A stretch of 64,000 nt of DNA, taken from contig JAFEAY010000010.1 of NCBI GenBank assembly GCA_018266175.1, forward strand, positions 53,942 through 117,941, in the 5' to 3' direction. This document shows positions 55,812 to 64,000 of the stretch, one piece after another; the stretch's first letter is position 1, and each line of letters begins with the position of its first letter. Below the pieces are notes generated by a model. That model worked only from the letters and a program-made list of their open reading frames with translations, ran no database searches and was not told the DNA's origin. This DNA comes from Candidatus Babelota bacterium (lineage in GTDB: Bacteria > Babelota > Babeliae > Babelales > RVW-14). Both the position numbers and the translations under genes were made by a program.

Positions 55812-56513
55812 TTACCGAATTAAGCGAACAAAGAACTGCACAATCGCAATAACTAAATCATAAAAGGCCCCAAAGATACCTTCAACTGCATCCAAAATTC
55901 CACGCTGAACGCTTTGCTTTTTTGCTTGCTTGGAAAATTCAACTTGCTGCTCAAGAGCTTTCTGATTCAACTCTTTAGTTGATTCTTTTTTAACTTTTGA
56001 TGTCTTGGGTGGTTTGACACCTGATTCAATAACTAACTTGGTGAGCTTACTGAAAAGCCACGCACGTTCAATTTGTGTTGCTTCTTCAACACCGCAAATT
56101 ACAATATTTTTAGGAATAAGCAGATTATCAACAGTTGCTCCATTATTAGTCGTAATACTTGCCAGTGTGAATTCTTGGTCACTAAAACGCTTGCTTTGAA
56201 AAATAGGTTTGATGATGCGAATTTCTTTTACTTTAGAAAGCTTAAGCTGCATAATTGAATCATCTTTTTCTGAGCGTATTCCACCAATAGATGTTCTACC
56301 AGAAAATGAGATATCTTTAATCGTAAGAGCAGTGTTATCGTCATAAATTTTCACAACATAACTTCCCTGCCCCTCTTCCAGTGGAACAAACTTAGGTTCT
56401 AAGACCCCACTGGTCCGCACAGCCCCCTCACCAAAAGCCTGCAGCCCTAACCCTTGAGATAAACAAAAAATAGATACCAGCATCAGATGTGATGCATATC
56501 GTGCAGTTATCAT
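55812..56513 (-). CDS. Secreted hypothetical protein
   Basis: Signal peptide. Confidence 0.4.
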   Translation of the reverse strand: MITARYASHLMLVSIFCLSQGLGLQAFGEGAVRTSGVLEPKFVPLEEGQGSYVVKIYDDNTALTIKDISFSGRTSIGGIRSEKDDSIMQLKLSKVKEIRIIKPIFQSKRFSDQEFTLASITTNNGATVDNLLIPKNIVICGVEEATQIERAWLFSKLTKLVIESGVKPPKTSKVKKESTKELNQKALEQQVEFSKQAKKQSVQRGILDAVEGIFGAFYDLVIAIVQFFVRLIR

Positions 56514-56778
56514 CCTATTTCTCCTATTTTCTTTTCAAAAGCACTTGATACGTTATAGCTTGTACTATAGCCATAGAGACAGAAGAATTACAAGCATTTA
56601 TACCTCTACTTGCGCTCATGGCTTAAGCACAAGCCATGCATCTTCTTGTGAGCAAAATATTTCACATTGAATATACACATTCGCTTTTAGTTGACATTTG
56701 GGTATAATCCCAAATACTAAACGATACTTAGATGAAAATTTTTTATAAAAAAGCGACCCGTCACATATGAGGTGTTTA

Positions 56779-57618
56779 ATGAATCAGCATTTTTCTTTTA
56801 TACTGGCACAAACACTGAGCCTATTTTTTGTGTGTGAGCTTGGAGCGCAAATCACAGGTATTCCTTCTTCAAATAACGCTGTAATATCTGATGCATTAAA
56901 ACCTGTTGTTATCCAAGAACAAACAAATACAACAGCAATACTCCCTCTCTCCCCACTTGTTTTTGCACAAGAAGTTAACTTGAGAGACAAACTCACTCCA
57001 TTATTGTCTTGCTTAGGACATAATGAACTACAAAAGCTTTCTCCAGAAATACTCGATTATTTAAATCGGATAGCAAGCATTGAGGTTATTGTTGCAAGCT
57101 ATCTTTTAGTACTCACACTCAAAAGCATCATTCATTGCCAAATAAGTCAGCCAGTACCAACACGCTCACCATACAGCTCACTTGATACCTATGAAACAAA
57201 TGCTACCACTGCTCAAGATTTGACCATGAACGACGTAGAACAAAAAATATCAATCGCTGAAATTATCGATCTCCTTGAGCATGTTCAACAAGACTTAGCT
57301 CGTATTGAAGAACTTGATCGCCATGATAAAAAAGAGATTATGAATATTTTACTTGATCGCCAACAGCAGCTTCAACGTAAACTTAAACAACTCGGAATTC
57401 TCCACTATTCATCACAATCATCGCTTTGGAATTCTTCTTTGCCTTGGGCAGTTGCAGGTCTTTTCTTGGGCCTAACCATACTCACCGTTGCTCTTGCAAG
57501 CATCGATTCAGACACTGCTCAGACGACAGTACAATTTCCATCTGTTGATCTATTAGCTAAGAATTTAGGGTATAGACAACAGCCAGCACCTGTGCCAGTA
57601 CCAGATCCTGCAGTCTAG
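56779..57618 (+). CDS. Hypothetical secreted/membrane protein (C-terminal TM)
   Basis: GAGGTG ribosome-binding site. Signal peptide and C-terminal hydrophobic helix. Confidence 0.4.
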   Translation: MNQHFSFILAQTLSLFFVCELGAQITGIPSSNNAVISDALKPVVIQEQTNTTAILPLSPLVFAQEVNLRDKLTPLLSCLGHNELQKLSPEILDYLNRIASIEVIVASYLLVLTLKSIIHCQISQPVPTRSPYSSLDTYETNATTAQDLTMNDVEQKISIAEIIDLLEHVQQDLARIEELDRHDKKEIMNILLDRQQQLQRKLKQLGILHYSSQSSLWNSSLPWAVAGLFLGLTILTVALASIDSDTAQTTVQFPSVDLLAKNLGYRQQPAPVPVPDPAV

Positions 57619-57628
57619 ACTAAAACGG

Positions 57629-58105
57629 TTACTTGTGCTCGATCATTTTAGTCGTAAAAGCATAAACAAGATCAAGTTTGCACCATGCAGGAATGAGCTC
57701 AGTAAGTGGTTCTGGTAAAAGATTTATGGAACTAAGACTTTCAAGCGGAGCCCAAGCAAATGCAACATGCTCTTCTTTTTGAGCAGGTATTACACCGGCT
57801 TTAAGTTCGGGTGATGTTGCAAGAAATAAGAAATTATACTCATGGGTATGACACACTCGAGCTCCCAGATTGGGTTGAAATGAATATTCTAAGCAACCCA
57901 CAAATCTTTGTAGTGTAAAAGCAATCCCCATCTCTTCATCAAGCTCACGTAGTACAGTCTGCTGCGCGCTTTCTCCATGTTCAATATGCCCACCAGGCAG
58001 ATAGTAGTGCCCTTGCTTCCAGCTTGGGTGATGAGCCAGCAAAATATGTCCTTGGTCAATAATAACAGCACGGGCAAGCGTGTGAATGTTTGTATTTTCG
58101 CTCAT
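57629..58105 (-). CDS. Nudix hydrolase
   Basis: Nudix box GGHIEHGESAQQTVLRELDEEMGI. Confidence 0.85.
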   Translation of the reverse strand: MSENTNIHTLARAVIIDQGHILLAHHPSWKQGHYYLPGGHIEHGESAQQTVLRELDEEMGIAFTLQRFVGCLEYSFQPNLGARVCHTHEYNFLFLATSPELKAGVIPAQKEEHVAFAWAPLESLSSINLLPEPLTELIPAWCKLDLVYAFTTKMIEHK

Positions 58106-58122
58106 GAAATTCTTTTTTTATT

Positions 58123-58722
58123 TTATGGTGTTTCTATCTTTTTCAAAAGCACGTAAGCTTCTTTAACTTTTTTCTCACGCTCAATCTTCCAACTCACGGT
58201 AATCTCAGGTCGTGAAGCATTCGGGTTTGCAGCTACAAAGCGCTGAATAAAACTCAAGTAGGCCCATTCTTGCTTGGGGCATATTGTATTCGCTTTTCGT
58301 GCTTCTTCCCAAAAATCTGCAAATTCTTGATACGTTGGTGGTTTACCCTCAAGCCATCGCGCCCTGATCCAATCGTGCCCAACCGCAGTAAAGTGGAAGT
58401 GCTCGCCAATGAACTTTTTAAAAAAGAGACGTGTCGCCAAGTCGTTTTTATGACTGCCGTATAAAATCAAGCTTTCTGGTTTGAGCAACACAACTTGATG
58501 CTTTTTTGCTCGAGAAATGTCGGGGATTACAGGCTCCGCTAAAATTTTTCCAGTTTCTATAAAATGCATAATTCGGGCAATAATGGCAGCTTTCATACCC
58601 GCATGAGGAAGCTTGAGAGCTAAACAGACATGTTTAAGCTCAGCCATGCTCATGTAATGCTGCGCATCATTAAGAGCTTGTTGATCATGCTTGCTTAAAA
58701 GTGGAAACTTTTTCATTATCAA
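58123..58722 (-). CDS. SAP-domain-containing hypothetical protein
   Basis: N-terminal MSMAELKHVCLALKLPHAGMKAAIIARIMHF fits the SAP bihelical motif. The rest is uncharacterised. Confidence 0.5.
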   Translation of the reverse strand: MIMKKFPLLSKHDQQALNDAQHYMSMAELKHVCLALKLPHAGMKAAIIARIMHFIETGKILAEPVIPDISRAKKHQVVLLKPESLILYGSHKNDLATRLFFKKFIGEHFHFTAVGHDWIRARWLEGKPPTYQEFADFWEEARKANTICPKQEWAYLSFIQRFVAANPNASRPEITVSWKIEREKKVKEAYVLLKKIETP

Positions 58723-59117
58723 ATACTCAGTGTATTTTCAACTTTTTGAAGAGCTTGTTCTAAGATAGGATAATACAGTTTAATGTGTGCATAAATTTCA
58801 TCTGCAAGGTTTTCATCATAAGTATGCGACGTCAAGTTTCGGTCTCTTAACATTTTAAGCCACATCTTGTCATCGTCGATGAGCCCACCAGCATACGCTT
58901 CCTGCAAAACATCTTTAGGATATCTTACCTCAACACCTTTTGCTTCTAAAATGCGTTTTAACAGTTTCCAGAAAAGCTCAATCGTAAATTCAAATCGTTG
59001 AATCGATGCATCAATATTTCCTCGATCTTCATCCATGGGCTTACGGACCATGACACCAAGTGCTTGTAGGGCTTTTTTTGCCTGTTGCAAAGATTGTTCT
59101 ATGCGACTGTCTCTCAT
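58719..59117 (-). CDS. Nucleotidyltransferase substrate-binding protein, HI0074 family (HEPN fold)
   Basis: FEFTIELFWKLLKRILEAKGV...RDRNLTSHTYDE. 4-nt overlap with the upstream NTase gene. Confidence 0.8.
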   Translation of the reverse strand: MRDSRIEQSLQQAKKALQALGVMVRKPMDEDRGNIDASIQRFEFTIELFWKLLKRILEAKGVEVRYPKDVLQEAYAGGLIDDDKMWLKMLRDRNLTSHTYDENLADEIYAHIKLYYPILEQALQKVENTLSI

Positions 59118-59440
59118 TTTTTTTCCTTTTGATAAAGAATCACCCCATCAGAAACTATAGACTTTTTCAATGGATTATTATCGGCAAGTCGATCAAACCT
59201 CACGCAATCAATTTTAAGCAAAGTATCCGCCTTATCAACAAGATCAAGTACTAAATACCAATCATCATCGCTTGCTTGAGGACAGACAACTGCAAGGTCT
59301 ATATCAGATCTATTCTTATGATCTCCACGAGCTCGAGAGCCATAAAGATAAATTATTTCGATAAACGGAAGCTTAGTTAAATCTTTAAAAAATTGTAACG
59401 ATCTAATTTCTTCTTGATAAGAGGTCATACTATTCCTCAA
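59114..59440 (-). CDS. Minimal nucleotidyltransferase, HI0073-like
   Basis: LYGSRARGDHKNRSDIDLAVV nucleotidyltransferase motif. Confidence 0.8.
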   Translation of the reverse strand: MRNSMTSYQEEIRSLQFFKDLTKLPFIEIIYLYGSRARGDHKNRSDIDLAVVCPQASDDDWYLVLDLVDKADTLLKIDCVRFDRLADNNPLKKSIVSDGVILYQKEKK

Positions 59441-59852
59441 TAATCTCAGGATATTTCTGAGGTTGCGCTAAACAATATTCAACACCAAAACTTCCCTCTG
59501 GATGTTCCGCTTTTTCAACAAAGATACGATTTGAAAAACCACCCCGCTCATTGTATCTTTTCGCCTGAGCATGGGCTATCTGTTCAGACGTAATGCCATG
59601 CAAAATACAAAGAGCTTCAACAACATCAAGGACATCGGCAAGCTCTGCAATAAGCTCCTCACCAGATTGTGCTTCAACCACTTCTTGGGCTTCTTCTACT
59701 AACTTAAGCTGAAGCTGTTGGCTGTACTGGGCATCGTCAAGTCGTCTCCAATGCATAACAGAGCCATGTTTCTCCATCTTTTCAACCGCTTTATCGCGCC
59801 ATAACTTATTTTGATAAAATGTTCGCATTTTCATGAGATAATCCTTATTCAT
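59430..59852 (-). CDS. MazG-like all-alpha nucleoside triphosphate pyrophosphohydrolase
   Basis: LVEEAQEVVEA...EELIAELADVLDVVEAL (EExxE...ExxxD metal-binding pattern). Confidence 0.7.
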   Translation of the reverse strand: MNKDYLMKMRTFYQNKLWRDKAVEKMEKHGSVMHWRRLDDAQYSQQLQLKLVEEAQEVVEAQSGEELIAELADVLDVVEALCILHGITSEQIAHAQAKRYNERGGFSNRIFVEKAEHPEGSFGVEYCLAQPQKYPEIIEE

Positions 59853-60141
59853 CTCTTTATCAATTTCCTGTTCTTACGCAGAGCATACAGCAACTAAAAA
59901 TTTGGAAAAGGGGAAGCCTGTAATAAGCAATTTTGCTCTTAATTGAGTCATAGATTTTTAGATGATGCGCTTGAACGATTGCAATTTAGACCAATGATAT
60001 GCTCTTTTCAGCACAGGAATTTCGCTTATAAAAGGGATCACAAAATCACCATCTTGCGCTTCTACTATTGTTTTTTAACTTTATCAAACTAGACTTGCTA
60101 TCAAAACGCAAATAATAGTATTTTCATTGCAGGAATCGTTT

Positions 60142-60444
60142 ATGCAAATCAAATGCCGTAACAAAAAATGTGGTCGACTCATGGGTGTGAGAGAATTTTT
60201 AGTGTATGTTTCTTGCCACCTTGGGAAATTCGTTTTGCCAAGCCTTGTACCGTTAATAGTTGCCAAGCTTAAAGAATACTGGGAAACACCAACAAAGGGT
60301 TGGATCGACGAGTCTATGACTGCATATGCAAATTTTATGTCTCTGACTTGCCCTGGCTGCAAAAAAATGAAATGGGATCCTTATCCTTGTGATTCTAAAG
60401 ACGAAATACAAAAAAACTACCTCAAAGATGATAGCAAAAAATAA
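60142..60444 (+). CDS. Small Cys-containing hypothetical protein (CxxC...CPGC)
   Basis: AGGAA ribosome-binding site. Preferred over the overlapping antisense ORF 60084..60362. Confidence 0.35.
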   Translation: MQIKCRNKKCGRLMGVREFLVYVSCHLGKFVLPSLVPLIVAKLKEYWETPTKGWIDESMTAYANFMSLTCPGCKKMKWDPYPCDSKDEIQKNYLKDDSKK

Positions 60445-60480
60445 TCCTGTAGAGTAGTAAGTTTAAGGCGAAGGTAGAAT

Positions 60481-60945
60481 ATGAAGTTCTTAAAAGTCAT
60501 TACAACCTTTTTGTTTATTACGTATTCACATGTCCATTGCTTGGATAATACTATACCTAATAAGGCAGCAACGCCAACCAGTGAGGAAACTGCCCAACTT
60601 GATCGATTCAGTATCTTTACAACGTATTTGGACAAACTTAAAAGTGCTGCAATAGAATTTGATAATAAACAAGGTAAGGCATGTCCGAAACTTCAATGCA
60701 TGCAATGCAAAAAAGAAAAAATCACATGGGCATACGTTCATGGACATCTTATTGGATCGAGCATGAAATCTATTGCGAATGAAGTAGAATTCAACAAAAT
60801 GAAAAACGTCATGGACGAATTTATAACAGTACTGGCACAATCAGATCTGCAAAAGATTTCAAATTGTATGCTTCAGATTGCACAAGATCTTAAAATTCCA
60901 TGCATTAATTGTAATGCATCATCCTGGAAAATAACTTCTCAATAA
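60481..60945 (+). CDS. Secreted Cys-containing hypothetical protein
   Basis: Signal peptide. CxxC pairs (CMQC, CINC). Confidence 0.4.
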   Translation: MKFLKVITTFLFITYSHVHCLDNTIPNKAATPTSEETAQLDRFSIFTTYLDKLKSAAIEFDNKQGKACPKLQCMQCKKEKITWAYVHGHLIGSSMKSIANEVEFNKMKNVMDEFITVLAQSDLQKISNCMLQIAQDLKIPCINCNASSWKITSQ

Positions 60946-61097
60946 TTAAAAAACAACCTTTGAGTAGCGCAATCACTATACCCTAAATCATCCACACGGG
61001 AAAAAAAAGAATCCTTTTTTTTCTTCAAAATCAAGCAGCCCCATATAGCAAAAAAAACATACTGAAAGTTGCAAGTGAAAACCTGATATTGCTTGAA

Positions 61098-61433
61098 TCA
61101 ATGAAGTTTCATTCCATTTGGTACTTTTGAGTCAACGGTTACCAAGCAAATAGCACCCTGCTCATCTGAAAAACCAACCAAAAGAAATTGTGAAAGAAAT
61201 CCTGCAATGTTTTTTTCTCCCAAGTTAACACAACCAACAATTGACTTACCAACCAATGATTCGGGAGTGTAATGTACCGTCACTTGAGCTGACGTTTGAA
61301 GCACGCCAATGTCAGGACCAAAATCTGCCCATACTTTGTAAGCAGGCTTTTTTGCGCGTAAGAACTCTTCAACTTTGATTACGGTACCCGAGCGTAAATC
61401 AACTTTCTCGAAATCTTCATACGAAATTGGCAT
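61098..61433 (-). CDS. csaA: tRNA-binding-domain protein (CsaA/YgjH-like)
   Basis: ISYEDFEKVDLRSGTVIKVEEF...VGCVNLGEKNIAGFLSQ. GGAAGGGA ribosome-binding site before the internal Met. Confidence 0.75.
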   Translation of the reverse strand: MPISYEDFEKVDLRSGTVIKVEEFLRAKKPAYKVWADFGPDIGVLQTSAQVTVHYTPESLVGKSIVGCVNLGEKNIAGFLSQFLLVGFSDEQGAICLVTVDSKVPNGMKLH

Positions 61434-61592
61434 ATTTGTCCCTTCCATGAACGGTTTTACTTTTTTGATTGATCACGCACGCAGTAAGGTATCAAAGATC
61501 TTTGGGGATCACAATCCAATTTTTGAGTTCTTATTATTTTCGAAAATAAAGCTCCATGCACACATAATCCAGTCAGCAATTCTGATAAAACT

Positions 61593-62291
61593 TCAGCAAA
61601 GCAAATATAACTGCCTCTGATTTTCGGGAAATTTTTCAATCGCATAGCGCAGCATCGTTCGGGGCATATGGCGCGCATGCTTATCAAGGAATGCGATAAG
61701 TTTACTTTGATTCTTTTTCCCCGCTTCACGCAGCATCCAACCAACTGCTTTGTGAATGAGGTCATGCGTATCTTGTAATAAGATTACAGCGAGTTTAAAC
61801 GTATCTTCTAGATCGTTATGACGAATGAAATACCATGTTGAAACTATTGCAATACGGCGCGCCCACATGAGCTCTGATTGTGCAAGCGAAAAGAGTATTG
61901 CCCTATCACGCTTGAGTAAATGTGCTCCAATAATCAAATGCGCTGAAGCGTCGACAAGGTTCCAGTTATTTACCCGCTTCAAATTGCTCACGTAAAATTG
62001 ATACAGCTCATCTTTTAAATTGTCTTTTGCTTTTTGATACTGCCCGACCAAAATAAATAAGGCGAGAAGCCGTTCTTCATTGATTGGTGAGTCAAACAAA
62101 ACTTGTATTTCAGATAAAGATAAGTTGTTATAACTTTTGGCAATTATCCGTAATGTTGGAACCTTCACGCCAATAAATTGATCATGCTCCGCATAGTGCC
62201 CAACACCTGTTTTAAAAAAAGCTGAATGCCGTTCCTTGGGAATGCTAATCGATTGTTGCAGAAGATTTTTTATAGCGATTATATTGGTCAT
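61593..62291 (-). CDS. alkD: DNA alkylation repair protein (AlkD/AlkC-like HEAT-repeat glycosylase)
   Basis: All-helical, ~230 aa. 4-nt overlap with ogt. Typical N-terminal block ...FFKTGVGHYAEHDQFIGVKVPTLR. Confidence 0.7.
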   Translation of the reverse strand: MTNIIAIKNLLQQSISIPKERHSAFFKTGVGHYAEHDQFIGVKVPTLRIIAKSYNNLSLSEIQVLFDSPINEERLLALFILVGQYQKAKDNLKDELYQFYVSNLKRVNNWNLVDASAHLIIGAHLLKRDRAILFSLAQSELMWARRIAIVSTWYFIRHNDLEDTFKLAVILLQDTHDLIHKAVGWMLREAGKKNQSKLIAFLDKHARHMPRTMLRYAIEKFPENQRQLYLLC

Positions 62292-62920
62292 TTATTTTTT
62301 CTTTCATGCTCAAGAAGCCATGTTTTACGACCAATACCACCACCATATCCACCTAATTTTCCATCACTATTAATAATGCGGTGGCATGGAATCACGATAG
62401 CAATTTGATTAGCTCCATTGGCATTGGCGACAGCTCGACTTGCTGATGGCTTACCAATCTGAATTGCTTGCGCTAAATAACTTCTCGTCTCTCCATATGG
62501 AATGAGCGTTAACATCTCCCAAGCAAGTTTTTGAAATGGACTTCCCAAAAGAAATATTGGTGTTTCAAAAATTTTTAGCGTACCGTCAAAGTATAACTTA
62601 AGCTCTCTTTGGATAGAAGTAATTGGATCTGTAGTTCCAGCGATAATAGCAGACTTCGTTGTGATACACAGCCTTTCTACCTCTCGCTCGAGACCTCGAC
62701 ATTCAAGAAATTCCAAGAGGTATAGAAACCGTTCATCGGCAATTGCAAGCATTGGACCAAGCGGCGTGTCTAACGAAGATGCCTTAAGAATATTAGTATG
62801 CTTGCCAAAATGCGTGGGTACTGCTCTAATAATTTTAGAAAATGCATCACTCAATCCGCTTCTTGATTCATACCCAGCGTTCACCCGATAAAATTCATGC
62901 TTTTTTTCTTCTGATAACAT
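62288..62920 (-). CDS. ogt: Methylated-DNA-protein-cysteine methyltransferase
   Basis: Active site IPCHRIINSDGKLGGYGGG. Confidence 0.85.
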   Translation of the reverse strand: MLSEEKKHEFYRVNAGYESRSGLSDAFSKIIRAVPTHFGKHTNILKASSLDTPLGPMLAIADERFLYLLEFLECRGLEREVERLCITTKSAIIAGTTDPITSIQRELKLYFDGTLKIFETPIFLLGSPFQKLAWEMLTLIPYGETRSYLAQAIQIGKPSASRAVANANGANQIAIVIPCHRIINSDGKLGGYGGGIGRKTWLLEHERKNK

Positions 62921-63029
62921 TTTGGCCCCGCGCGACAGCGATTTGTAATTTTAATATTATGATGTTCATCATTATAACGCATTTATTAGAACATGCGGCT
63001 GAAAATCAGGCACTGATTTTAATTAACGC

Positions 63030-64000
63030 GAACTCGATAATTAAAAGCCATTGATTTGTGCTACAGGACAAGCATAAATTGATGGCTTTCTAGAATCAAA
63101 CTTATAAGCGCATAACGTCGCAAGTAAATGTCCAAGAAAATTATCTTTTGATCGATGCCGAGAGTGTTCTAAATGATAGGATTCTTTGAGCTTTGAAAAT
63201 ACAGATTCTATCACTGCTCGCTTTCGTAAAAGCATTTTTTCTTCAAAATCCATAAGCTTATTTTTCATATTTTTTCTAATTTTTGTAATCAATTTGATCC
63301 CCTTGTTCCAGAGATTTTTGAAATTTTTTGTCGAAAGATATCCTCGATCACCAACGAGTTTACCTGTTAATCCTGTTGTTAATTTGTCTATAACTTTTTC
63401 GTTGGCGTCGTGGATATTGCCGGGTGTTAAGTAAAAACTAACAATTTCCCCGTACATGTTGATAATCAGGTGAAGCTTCATTCCGAAAAACCACCCCGTA
63501 GATGTTTTTCCCTTTTGCGAAAATCCATCAAATACTTTGTGGCTTGATGCTCTATAAATGTTGCATACTTCGTATGAAGTTGAGTCGATAAAATTTACTG
63601 GCGTTGGCTTTCCTAAGCATCTTGAACAAAGAAATCCCAATATTTCCTGCAGCATTTTTCCGATTAACTCAAGGATCTATTATAGCTCACCACGCAATCA
63701 AAAGCTGATTTTAACCACCCTAAGACATCCATTTCATAGTAATCTTTGAATGTTGAGCGCTTAGAAAAATTATAAAAAATAAGAATTGTTATCGCATCAG
63801 CTTTTGTCATTTTTTGTTTTCTGCCGAGGTTTTTTTGCTCTTCACGGGCCAATATTCGACTTCTAAAATCAGCTTTTTTTAAAAAATCATAAACTTCACA
63901 AAAAATTTTTGTTAACATCATTACGCTTCCCTTTCTTGTTTGAGGTTGTGATTATCCTCTAGGGAAGCATATTTTTTTTGTTTTTCAAATTATCGAGTTC
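63030..64000 (-). mobile_element. IS982-family insertion sequence, truncated by the window end; terminal inverted repeat GAACTCGATAATT at 63030..63042 and 63988..64000
   Basis: 13-bp inverted repeats at both ends. The internal transposase carries DSTxxxC...GWFFGMKLHLIIN...TPGNIHD...GDRGY...EHSRHRS. Confidence 0.75.
63041..63921 (-). pseudogene. IS982-family DDE transposase split by a frameshift into two ORFs (63664..63921 and 63041..63655)
   Basis: The N-terminal 85-aa ORF and the C-terminal 204-aa ORF are in different frames, separated by a stop codon. Confidence 0.7.

Noticed and set aside
60084-60362. Minus-strand ORF overlapping 60142..60444
   Set aside because: The plus-strand ORF has a ribosome-binding site and Cys motifs. 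Only one of the two can be real, and this remains uncertain.
1-64000. rRNA genes, CRISPR arrays, integrons
   Set aside because: There are no long conserved rRNA blocks, no regular repeat-spacer arrays and no attC-like structures.

Overview
Visibly AT-rich bacterial chromosomal segment, gene-dense on both strands, probably from a host-associated or intracellular bacterium; the organism cannot be named from sequence alone. Housekeeping genes: clpB, jag-mnmE, kup, the ffh-rpsP-KH-trmD-rplS block, folA-thyA, trmB, bcp, ogt-alkD, and tRNA-Gly(GCC), tRNA-Phe(GAA) and tRNA-Gln(CUG). These are interleaved with accessory content: (i) a left-hand cluster (1-15.4 kb) of large secreted, eukaryote-like proteins, including a C-terminal CX5R dual-specificity phosphatase, a charged E/R/K single-helix protein, a C39-like papain-fold peptidase and small basic NLS-like proteins, which share N-terminal and internal modules; (ii) an ATAD3-like AAA ATPase, a GCKR-like double-SIS protein, a 2H phosphoesterase, an amine oxidase and two paralogous secreted proteins with GxNC and HDF motifs; (iii) two different minimal-nucleotidyltransferase/HEPN modules. 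One of these sits in a tight five-gene operon with MazG-like, SAP-domain and Nudix genes, and is the best candidate here for an undescribed system. The other is flanked by a perfect 53-bp direct repeat that includes the first codons of yaiI. (iv) Two DUF4143 AAA ATPase genes are associated with GC-rich palindromes, one bracketed by a 28-bp hairpin element with TGAAATT direct repeats. (v) A frameshifted IS982-family element lies at the right window edge. trmD carries an in-frame C-terminal SpoU/TrmH-like second SPOUT domain and rimM is absent from the operon. No rRNA genes or CRISPR arrays were seen.
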